A DNA stretch of 60,094 nucleotides, the filler included, from Hausera hauseri (lineage: Eukaryota), in assembly GCA_046269625.1 (NCBI GenBank). It is 11 parts of 11 records of this genome, joined end to end, with 100 filler letters (N's around TTAATTAATTAA, not from the genome) between each part and the next. Parts side by side here need not be neighbours in the genome. Positions count along the whole stretch, not along the records: positions 50,332 to 54,842 come from JBJURY010547675.1; positions 54,943 to 60,094 come from JBJURY010321050.1; 9 more parts are not named here. One strand, written 5' to 3'. Position 1 is the stretch's first letter. Every line of letters begins with the position of its first letter. The position numbers were made by a program, and so were the translations under genes. The notes beneath the pieces were generated by a model, which saw only the letters and a list, made by a program, of their open reading frames with translations, was not told the origin of the DNA and searched no databases. Below are positions 50,729 through 60,094 of this stretch, piece after piece.

Positions 50729-51215
50729 AGATTTTTATACCACCTGAGTTTCCCCGCAGCCAAGGTCGGATGAGATGCCAAATGAGGCTATCATTGACGT
50801 GTTGTCTCATTGAGGAAAAACACATGGTGACGCGTCGCATGCTCCCACCTCTGGCTTTGATGAGGATAAAATAAATGGCGTAGAGCCCGCAAGCATTACT
50901 AAACACATCTTGTATGGTGTGCCCATTGTAGACCGGTTCTCTGGTAGAATTTCGTTTAATGAAATCCAAAATGTCGGCGTGCAGCGGTGGGAGGCCAAAA
51001 AAATCAAAATAATGAAACGTGCCCATGCCATCAAAGTAAAGGGCTACCCAATGCGTACCAGGCAGATCGCTGGGGTCGGTATTTATGACAAAGGCCGCCG
51101 GCTCTGTCGGGTCGATGCGTTTGGGTACCATGTCTCGGGGTATGACTCTGACAGGATGTCGGCGGACGAAAATGTCAGATTGTAAAATTGTTTGTATCTG
51201 TCGAGTGTCCATCAT
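50706..51215 (-). CDS. Maverick adenain-like cysteine protease (peptidase C5)
   Basis: Open 169-aa ORF with INTDP...PGTHW, YFD.FG and Q.....ACG.Y catalytic motifs. Confidence 0.93.
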   Translation of the reverse strand: MMDTRQIQTILQSDIFVRRHPVRVIPRDMVPKRIDPTEPAAFVINTDPSDLPGTHWVALYFDGMGTFHYFDFFGLPPLHADILDFIKRNSTREPVYNGHTIQDVFSNACGLYAIYFILIKARGGSMRRVTMCFSSMRQHVNDSLIWHLIRPWLRGNSGGIKIYDVTHPA

Positions 51216-52425
51216 TTAAGCCACAAAGTCCAGTAACACTTGTCTGGTTTTGGAAATTTCAATGATATAGACTTGCTCAGCGTACACCACCACTTGTAAA
51301 GGGTCGGGCATCACAGTGGAGGGCAGTTTTTCGCTAATTCAAACTGGTCCCCGTCCAAAAGGCTGGGACTTAGGTCGAAAACGTAGAGGGCGTAACCGTC
51401 TTTGAAACTGTTGTAGTCGACGTCGCAGCCAGTGTCCTTACCGATCAGACCCATGGCTAGACTGGTACCAAAGAAAGCATGGGTGTAATGGTCGCGGTCG
51501 AAGTCTATCATTAGCGGCTTTTCGGTGGTCGTCCTCCCATCGACGGTGACGATGAGTACATCAAACCGAAATGTTGAAAGTTGAACGGGTTATTTCTATA
51601 GGTCCCATTAAAGGCCGAGGAATTTACTATACCTAGCACGATTCGCGTCGGGGTTTGACTGAAAAAAAACGATTGTTTTGAATGTGCGACAACATTCCTC
51701 TGGGTACGAACAATGTCTTTATCATGACTCGTTTGATGGGGTATTTCATGTTCGCCGTCACCAACACTTTTTCATGGGCCAGAGAGATGGCCGGGTGTAA
51801 CTTGCCTTTTCTGACCACCAGGACGGCTGAAATTATAACTGATTTGTAACCTACCGCGGGGTCCTCGGCTATGAGGTTGAATGAGTCTTTAGAAGGGGTG
51901 AGTTTGATTTTTACGTCCACCCCATTCAGCATGTAACAGTCTTGGGTGAAAATGGCAGCTTTGGTTTTGTCGAAAAATTTTGGCGTGTCGTTGTAGTACA
52001 GGGCTGCCGTCAGGTGACCCCTCTTGGCTTCCCGCCCGTAATTTAAAACCATCTTGAGGTAACATCTGAAAGGGTAAGTGTTCTTGCTCGGCGTGATTAA
52101 CGTGTCGTTCAGGGCGATGTCAACTTGGGAAAATAAACTGTGCAGGTAATTGTTGACCAGGGCCACTTCGGCACCGTCGGGTAAATTGTCGCCATTGGCC
52201 AAAGCGACTTTGACTCTCACATGTACAAAAGTATTAAACAAATCCAGATACTCTTCACGGCTTCCCGATATTACAAATTCTATGGGGGGCCCCGTGCGCA
52301 AGAGAAGCGAGAGGGTGAATTTCTACAAACTGTCCTTCCTCTACCGCCGTTTGCGTGGGAGGAACGCTAAACTAATCCAAACCCGAGTGGAGACATTCGC
52401 AATTGCCGGGGTGAATAAGAGCCAT
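51216..52425 (-). pseudogene. Maverick major capsid protein (hexon/PY), degenerate
   Basis: LD*FSVPPTQTAV, GPPIEFVI.G..EYLDL..T, VNNYLHSLFSQVD, YPFR.Y, MLNGVD, YPIKRV, GYALYVFDLSP, VVYAE...I...RQVLLD. Confidence 0.9.
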
Positions 52426-52427
52426 TA

Positions 52428-52909
52428 TTAATCAAAGATGTCTGAATGCTGCTGCTTCTTTACTCGTCGTTTCTTGGACTCGTTGTGAGAACCGATCCGG
52501 TCGACGGTTGGTTTTATTCTTTTATTAAGGGTTCGCCGGGCGGCACGGCTTTTCTTTTACGATGCAGGCCACCACCCAATTGGTTGCCGGTCACATGATT
52601 CACGGCCCCTTGCAACAGTCTCTGTCCGGCTTCTTTGGCTCGATCTCGGAAGGCTTCGCCTACGTTTTTACCTGTTAACGTGTCCTGGGCCACTTTCAAA
52701 CCCGTCCTGACACCTTCCCTGATTAAAGCTTTTCTGCCTGTTGTTAACCACGGCAATATTATTCAGTCCAACCTGCTAAAGAAACTGCCAATGCCTCTTC
52801 CTCGTTGACATCTGCCGCCGACGAAAATGGGGATGCCGTCTCCCGCTTGACTGGTGTAAACGTCTTTGTAAACTTCTGCTCTTCGATGTAAAGGAGTGTG
52901 TCTGACCAT
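52428..52909 (-). pseudogene. Maverick basic core-like protein (QRGxGIG family), degenerate
   Basis: YTSQAGDGIPIFVGGRCQRGRGIGSFF, followed by a basic C-terminus ending DIFD. Lies between penton and hexon. Confidence 0.75.
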
Positions 52910-52911
52910 CT

Positions 52912-53685
52912 TTATTGAAAATTGGAATGTCTCTTGGGTCGAAAATGTTACGTCACCATCGAAGAACCGTTCACGAATGGGATATTTTGTCCCAGGTCGT
53001 TGGTTAAAAGTATTTCCACGGTGTCAAAGGAAAAGTGACTCAGTGGCAGGTAGTGGGGTTTGTCGTAAATTCTAAAGACCGAAACAAAATTTCTGTCCAA
53101 CATGGGCACCGTTCATAACAAAGGTACGATGATATCTCCAACTGGTCTCACGGCAACGATATCACAGTACACGAACACGTTTCTTATGTTGCTGTCCAAA
53201 TTGTCTTGCGCTTTACCCACTTGGAGAGGGTCCTTGTCCATTATGTGGGTTTTTGCCAGGCCCAATATATTTTTCAACTTGTCGCTGATGACGACATCCG
53301 CCCCCGCCTCGAATCTTTCCAGCAAGGTGGTTTTCTGCATTTTGTGGTAATGGATTTTCAACATGGGCAGTTCGCCGCTCTTTGCTCGTGAGGTAAACTG
53401 TTTGTTTAATTCGTCAAAAACATCGGAGGGTGACTTGTACAGGCCGGGTCTTAGTGTAATTTCAAACGACGGCTTGGTGTCATTCACGTGAGGGTGGTAA
53501 CATAACCACACTTCGTTCTCTAGCACGTTAAAGTAACTGTTTGTGAATTCACTCTCTGCCAAACCCACTTTGTATTGTGAGTTCAAGTCTATGGTTTGCA
53601 GGAGTTTCACGTAAAAGTGTTCGGGTCCGTTATCGGGAAATGTTTTCATAGAGGCATTGCTCAGCAGAGTCACGTAAAAACTCAT
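52912..53685 (-). pseudogene. Maverick minor capsid protein (penton/PX), with stops in the C-terminus
   Basis: MSFYVTLLSNASM..FPDN, VGLAE, VFVYCDIV....VGD...PLL, Y.KPHYLP, IPF..G...VT.HFR. Confidence 0.9.
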
Positions 53686-53703
53686 CGCAAGCTCGTCTTT
53701 GGA

Positions 53704-53925
53704 TTAGGACAGATAACCGAGAGAACTGCACAGTAAAACTATCCACAGCTTGTTTTCCTGATCGTTGCTCGTAGTCAGATTGAAGAGAGACATGCAGATG
53801 ACGGTATATATCGCCAACAGTTGCGAAAAAAACACGACTTCTACGCTAGGAACTAGTTGACCAAACCAATATGTGATGGGTCTTCTTTCTACTATTTCGT
53901 TGAGGGGAGTGGCTTCTTCAGCCAT
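53704..53925 (-). CDS. Small two-TM Maverick protein
   Basis: VVFFSQL.AIY.VI..SL.NLT......LW..LL.SSLGYL. Hydrophobic, located between integrase and penton. Confidence 0.7.
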   Translation of the reverse strand: MAEEATPLNEIVERRPITYWFGQLVPSVEVVFFSQLLAIYTVICMSLFNLTTSNDQENKLWIVLLCSSLGYLS

Positions 53926-53927
53926 GA

Positions 53928-54842
53928 CTATTCTTTATATCTCGAAATGTGTTTTCCCGAAATCCAACTGTTGAATGAAGAATTATATCCGAACCATTTC
54001 ACTAAATATTCTTTACCGCCCGCCATTCGCCTTTCTCGCACTGCACTTCTTATTCTGTAAACTTATTTGTCTCCCACTTTTTGGATCTCTTTCTTGTAAA
54101 GCGAACATAAAAGTTCTTCACCGCTATCGTCTTTGAGCACATAAGGTATTGGGTTCATCGCATTTATGCGAGACACTGTAAACACTTCTTCCGTCCACAC
54201 CAGAGTGTAGCCTTTCTTAAAATTTTGTCTGGCTTGAGTGAGGTGGACGCGGTCTCCTTCCGTAAACGCTTTTCTGCCGACTGCATCGGGAGACGAATAT
54301 AAATTGTTCCACACAACTTCTTGATTGCTCAAATTTACGTTGGCGGGAGCCATGCGTATACTCTTGAGATAAGATTCGTTGTAATTTAAAAGTAAATCGT
54401 CGTTGGCGTCTACGTAGCGAAGCCCGATTGTTTTGGTAAAGTATCACCACATTTTTTCTTTTAAAGTTCGGTTAAAGTGCTCCACCACGGCTGCCTTGAC
54501 ATCCTCATTTTCCATTGTGAAGAAACGCACCCCTCGGTCTTTGAGAAACTTGAGGAATGTTTTGTTTAGAAATTTGCTGCCTTTGTCTGTCTGTAGCACC
54601 ATGGGTTTGCGTTTGGCAAATATTTTTCTCACGGCCTCAACGAGCTAATTGCCCGTTTTCTTCTTTATTGGAATCGCCCAACCGTATTTGCTAAATACGT
54701 CTATGCATGTCAGTAGGTACGACATTCCGTCATTAAATGTTTTTAACGTTCTCATATCTATCAGATCGGCCTGAAACTTGTGACCCATGCCGCCCGTCAC
54801 GATCGGTCGCCTCTTAAATTTGCGACGAATGGGTTTATGAAG
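53928..54842 (-). pseudogene. Maverick retroviral-like integrase with C-terminal chromodomain
   Basis: HKPIRRKFKRR, FQADLIDM, YLLTCIDVFSKYGW, LQTDKGS.F, KAAVVEHFNRTLK, FKKGY...W..E.F, YLVKWFGY...FNSWI. Confidence 0.92.
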
Positions 54843-55145
54843 NNNNNNNNNNNNNNNNNNNNNNNNNNNNNNNNNNNNNNNNNNNNTTAATTAATTAANN
54901 NNNNNNNNNNNNNNNNNNNNNNNNNNNNNNNNNNNNNNNNNNATACACACAAACAAACGTTCACACACCACATATTTTTGAACTATTCCTTTCTCAGGTT
55001 ACTTTATTTCACTCCCACACGCTATAAACAAGTTTTGCGTTTTGAAAAGTTATATTGTTATGAAATAAATGTGTTATAAATTTAGTTGACAACGCTATAT
55101 TTCTATACAATATTTATTAAACAAAGAATAACAATATGTACATAT

Positions 55146-57825
55146 TTACATTGCAACATGTCCGTAAGATTGTGTATGGATTCCATCACCTAGGATCTGC
55201 CTCTTGTCATCCATCCAATCTAGGCTTTTCTTCTGTAATGTTACTATCTCAGTGTTATGAGTCCTTACTGGATCCTTCGCATCACCGATATGATATAAGT
55301 CTGCTCATGCAGAACTCTAACATAGTCTTTGAAGCCAATCTTCTTTGCTGAGGTCGCCCTTTGAACCCATTTAGCCCGCTTCTTTACATGGTTACCTATA
55401 TAAATGGCATACATTTTGGACCTAAGAGCCACAAATCTCTAGATTATTGTCCCATTCACCTCGTTTTTGAATTTCCCAAAGATCTTTTTGTCGATAACTG
55501 AATAGTTGGGATGTTACTTCAAATAATCCGAGGTATCAATGTCATATGCCAATTGTGCAAAGTCCTTATAAATATCATCTGTATGAATCTGATAGATGAA
55601 ACTATCCGTATCCATATACATCAGCTGCGTGGATTCGAATTTGTGCGCCATGATATTATAGTGGAATCTGTACATCAAGGTCTTTGAGAGGTCGAGGATT
55701 GCCATACCCACATATATAGGCTTGTTGAATTGCAAAGATGTTTTCAGCATATGGATGTTGACCAAGTTCTCAGCATATATGGTGCTGCTGTGGAAATTGG
55801 GCTTGGCAATGAGTTTCTTTGCCCGCTTCCAGTCACATACCAGCTCGATGTTGATGCTGTTGCGAATATTCTCCATGGTCTTGCCAAAGACCGAGTTGTT
55901 GTAAAGCTTGAATTGATCCTTCTCAAAGTCTTTCTTGGCATTAGTCCGCAGCTTCGTACTGAGATCTATGTATTACTGCAGCCATATGGACTGGCTGAAC
56001 TGCAGGGCTCTATGGATCTTAGTAATGCGGAGTCCATTTCTGACCGCCTACTGGAGATTTATGTAGTGGATTGCATACCTTGCTCTACTATCCAGATGGC
56101 AGAGCAGTTTTCTATGCTTTCCTCGGGGCGGAGGCCTGCTCTGGATATTGTATGTCCACATCCACTATGTATTCCGTATCTCCAGTGAGATCCAGGTCCA
56201 GTATAGGGATGTTTTCGGAATGCTCGACCCACTTGAAGTTATCATATGGCAATGGGGCGCTCATTGCCCATCCATATAGGTTGTTGGCATCCAGGTATGA
56301 TATATATGACGATTCCTTGGATGGATCATACTGGGCCATATACTTGTTGCTGGCCTCGATATACCGGTGAATGGCCTGGCATATTCCACCTCTAATGCCT
56401 CTCTCAATCATGAGTATAATGTTGTAATCTTTTATGATCTGCAGACAGACTCCTGTATATCTCAGTATATCTGCCTAGCTCATCCCTGGAGCCGTAAAGA
56501 AATGAGCCGGATCCAATGCATGGCTCTTGATCGTAACATCCCTGAAACTCTCAAAGACATCCGTCAGAAGCAGCACGTCCGTCTTGAGGTATATGTCGCT
56601 CTATTCCCCTAATGTTCAGCATTGAAATGCATGCTAGACTTTTTGAGCATGTTGGTAGTCATCATCACTGATATCGGAATCAGAGAGGATATTGTAAAAG
56701 TCCTTTGCCGGCAGTATTTCCCATGATGTTATATAGTCATAGGGAAACATGCCTTTCCTCTTGACGAGGTCAAATGTAGTAGGGAAGAACCGCTTCGTTT
56801 CCTTGAGTTCTTCTGCAGGGAGGTTCTTCACTAAACTGTCAAGTGAAGACGACATGAAACGAAAACTGTCTACGAAGCGAAGCCTGATTTTCCCAATATG
56901 CTCGGTAAAGATGATATACTTCTCCTCACTATTAGGGATCACCTCAATGTTTCCTTCAATGATGCCCAGTTCCCGAACAATAAAATTGGAATCATAGCAA
57001 CTGAGATTATGGAACACTACAGGCACATATTTACATGTTTTGCAACGCAGATTGCAGTTGTTGCATGCCACACTCCCATATATGCCTGTAAAATGGCAAT
57101 GATCCCTGACTTTATAATTATCCTTAGTGAATGATTTGGAGCACAAGTAACATGCTGTTGCCTTGCGCCATTCTTCGTCTTGCTGCTTCGATATTCTCAT
57201 GTCGTCCTTATGCTGATGCTGCATATCTCCAATCCTATGAGCCATATCTTCAAGTCGTTTCATGAAATGTGCTGCTGCGCCTGGACCTCTGAATAGAAAT
57301 GGTTCACTGTCCAGTCCCTTGGCATATGATGAGAGCTCATGATATTGGTATGCCGTTGTGCTGCTATGTTGTGGATTAGGACTGCAACTATGTACTGGGC
57401 GCAGAATAGCTTCAAAGTCGCAATAGATAACTATTGGGACCTTGTATTCTTCTCGAATTCCTTGAATTCAATGTAATCCTCTTTTTGAAAATCTGGCCTT
57501 ATATAATAATTATTGTTGCAGTACATCTTGCGCTCTTTCAGCTTCAATACAGCTACATCGCCGCTGAAATGGGACAAGCATCATTTATATATTTCTATTT
57601 GTCCATGATGTTTCGTAATTTGTGATCTGACTAGCCGATCAGAGTCTTTGATCCAAACATAATGTTTCTTTTCTCCATCATCTAGTAGGAACAGATCCCT
57701 ATGATCTTCCAATTCAGCATCACATCTGCCAGGGATAGAATTTGTCATCCTCATCGAATCCCAAGATATTGATGTACATGTTGACATTTCCAAATTTTTA
57801 ACTTCATCTATGGATGGAGGTTATA
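55146..57825 (-). mobile_element. pPolB family B, vOTU region to C-terminus, degenerate
   Basis: HYVWIKD, YCDFEA, RDHCHFTG, YLKTDV, GIRGG, YLDANNLYGWAM, KLYNNSVFGKTMEN, YMDTDS, DDKR...SYGH. Confidence 0.93.
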
Positions 57826-59265
57826 ACTGTGTGTGAGTGAGATATGTTTGAAAAGAGATGTTTGGTTAGAAAATGTAAAAATATATAGAATGTGGAATTA
57901 AATCACAAGTTATATAATTGTGACGCAACCCCCGTAGATGTTCATAGAGACAGACGAGGAGGAGGATAGTATATGGACACCCATATACATGCAAGTATCT
58001 GCACATGTGTATTTATATGTAAAGGTATTAATGGAAAGAAATAGGGCAAAAGGAAATTTTTATCACAAATGGATTAAAAATATTGAAATAATAATTTAAA
58101 TATTTAAAATTTGAATGTCTTCTATAACTATAAAGGAAAGAAGTTAGAATGTCTTATCAGTCTAATCAAAGTCAAAAGTTGTTTTTCTGTGGCAATGTCT
58201 ATAAATTTCAATACAAAGGAGGAAAGGATGTTAGAATCTTACGGAAATTGGAATTAGATTTACTCTGGATCGTATCACGAATGATAAAAATGAGATTATT
58301 AAGCTTAATATCAGAAAGAAGGCTAAATTGGAATTTATTTCACACTACTGATGAAGATGTTTAACTACAGGTCATCTGTATTAATAGAGCAAATGATTCC
58401 TTGAAAAATGTTGGGGAATTGATAGACGTGGGCAGACAAACTTATGTATTGTTTAAGTTAAGTGGTGGATACACAACAAACAATATTAAGATAGATGGTT
58501 CTTGGTATTTACATACACCGATCAATCATCGAGACTCGTATAGTGAGGTATGTGAACAAAATTGATTCAGAATGTTACCCCGACGAAAACTAATCTTTGA
58601 TAACATGGGATATTACTTAACGAAGAACTCGACTAAGATACACAACGGAGACAACGATACTCTGGTTATTTATCAGAGGTGTTGGGTCTATCCTCTCATT
58701 GAATTCTGTGAAGATGTCTCACAAAACAAAACTGATTCGAAACGCTCTAAGTGGAGTCACCGACAGGCACTACTAGATTCGTTGAAAAGATCTCGATTCA
58801 TTGACTTCGGAGCTATAACGTACTCTCATGTAAATGTTGCTGGTGATCATAGAGGTGAATGGAGGTTGTTATATGGGCTCAAAGGTATTGTTTATTGTAC
58901 TTATTCTCGTTTTTATTCCTTGTCTTGTTCTTTGAGCGTTGGCGGGGGTTGGAAACAATGTGTAGGTATGTATGTGATTACATTGATGATTGATGAGGTC
59001 TGTGTGGTTGTAATGGGGCTAGAATCAGGGGTTAAGAAAGGAGCTATATGTATTAGTTGGCTGAAGTCTGGTGGGAAGTCGTATAAATTCGTAGACAAAA
59101 CACTACTGGATGGGGACGAAAATAATTATGGGCCTAGCTTAATGGAGTTCGTGTTTATTGATAGAATGGTTGTAGTTTCTGTGTCTGGATGAGAATGCCG
59201 GTGCAAAAAGTAATAAAGGTCATGTTAACACGAACTCATTATATAATAGTTATAAAGATTCTCCA

Positions 59266-59373
59266 TTGTATACGGTGACCAATCCAAAAGTCCCTTTTCC
59301 ATGCAATGATGATAAGCGTAAATGGATGGGACGAAATAAGAGTTGGGCGTACGGACATTGTCGTTTGGAATAA
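59266..59373 (+). mobile_element. C-terminal remnant of pPolB family A
   Basis: LYTVTNPK...DDKRKWMGRNKSWAYGHCRLE* matches the 3' ends at ~8390-8503 and 26799-26910. Confidence 0.8.
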
Positions 59374-59600
59374 AACACACGCATGAATTCGGTGCAGATA
59401 GATCATATTACTGTGACAATTCATTGTGATCTGCTTGTTTTATATAAATAATGTATATTATTCGTTGTATTTGCCTTTTGTTTTATTATCATTTAATTTA
59501 TCTATTTAACTTAATGTGACGAGAAACGATGTGAAAAACAAACAAACAAAATCAATAAAATTTATTACTATTCGTAAGGTAAAATCAAAAACAAAGTAAG

Positions 59601-60077
59601 TCAAATCAACGTAAGCTTTCCTATCTTCCATATTGGTGATTTAACGCCGTGAAGATCCTTGTGTCCTTTCAATTTCAATGTTAGATGACCTTTAGCTCCT
59701 TCCGGTGGCAAAACTGTTTTTACCGCTGCTTCTGCTGTTTGTTCGCCATGTGAACTGATAATTTTCGCCATATTTTCTTTCAGAAAAATCGACGGTGTAT
59801 TTCGAATATCGTTACTCAACGCCAAATCACTATCAACTTTTCTAATTGTGTTTTTCATAGTATCCAAATCATCATCGCTTATCTTTTTCGACAATATACC
59901 ATATTTCACTGGTTTGATTTTGACCGTTTGCGTTAATGGCAATTGAACAGCGTTGCGTACATAATGTAAGTTGTATCTATTATACAACCTGGAATTTCTG
60001 ACCGAATATTCGCTGTACCGTGGCTTTTTTGAGAGACTCGCGGAACTGTCACCTGTTGAATTGTTTTGCAGAGACAT
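59601..60077 (-). CDS. ORF X copy 3, intact 158 aa, function unknown
   Basis: Open from ATG to stop. Homologous to 8789-9207 and 26383-26547. Convergent with the PolB-A 3' end. Confidence 0.8.
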   Translation of the reverse strand: MSLQNNSTGDSSASLSKKPRYSEYSVRNSRLYNRYNLHYVRNAVQLPLTQTVKIKPVKYGILSKKISDDDLDTMKNTIRKVDSDLALSNDIRNTPSIFLKENMAKIISSHGEQTAEAAVKTVLPPEGAKGHLTLKLKGHKDLHGVKSPIWKIGKLTLI

Positions 60078-60094
60078 TTGTTAAATAAGACAAA

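Noticed and set aside
50332-57825. Capsid module plus PolB-B as one contiguous Maverick
   Set aside because: They are separated by an artificial linker.
58572-59192. 206-aa ORF as a gene
   Set aside because: Composition looks like an antisense open frame and it has no motif.

Overview
This is not one locus. It is 11 short contigs from an AT-rich metazoan (probably invertebrate) genome, joined by ten artificial 100-bp linkers (N44-TTAATTAATTAA-N44), so adjacency means something only within a contig. The window is mostly decayed mobile DNA. Polinton/Maverick-type DNA dominates: seven degenerate protein-primed PolB segments in two clearly different families (A and B), both carrying an unrecognised tandem Cys/His domain at the N-terminus; three copies of an unknown ~158-aa ORF that is always tail-to-tail with PolB-A; a capsid module (integrase, small membrane protein, penton, core protein, hexon, adenain protease, PC4-like); a PLA2-integrase remnant; and a probable AGTAGT terminus. 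Other mobile elements are a Ty3/Gypsy element with two CHCC Gag motifs, a Gag followed by a ubiquitin-like domain, a Penelope-like element, a mariner, and two TG...CA solo-LTR-like inserts with 5-bp target duplications, one of which carries a PDE2 gene fragment. Host sequences are the last exon of a TDP-43 homologue, an FBXO25/32 gene with a nonsense codon in the F-box, a CUB/LDLa-type secreted protein gene and an H2A pseudogene. All calls come from reading motifs by eye; no database search was run.
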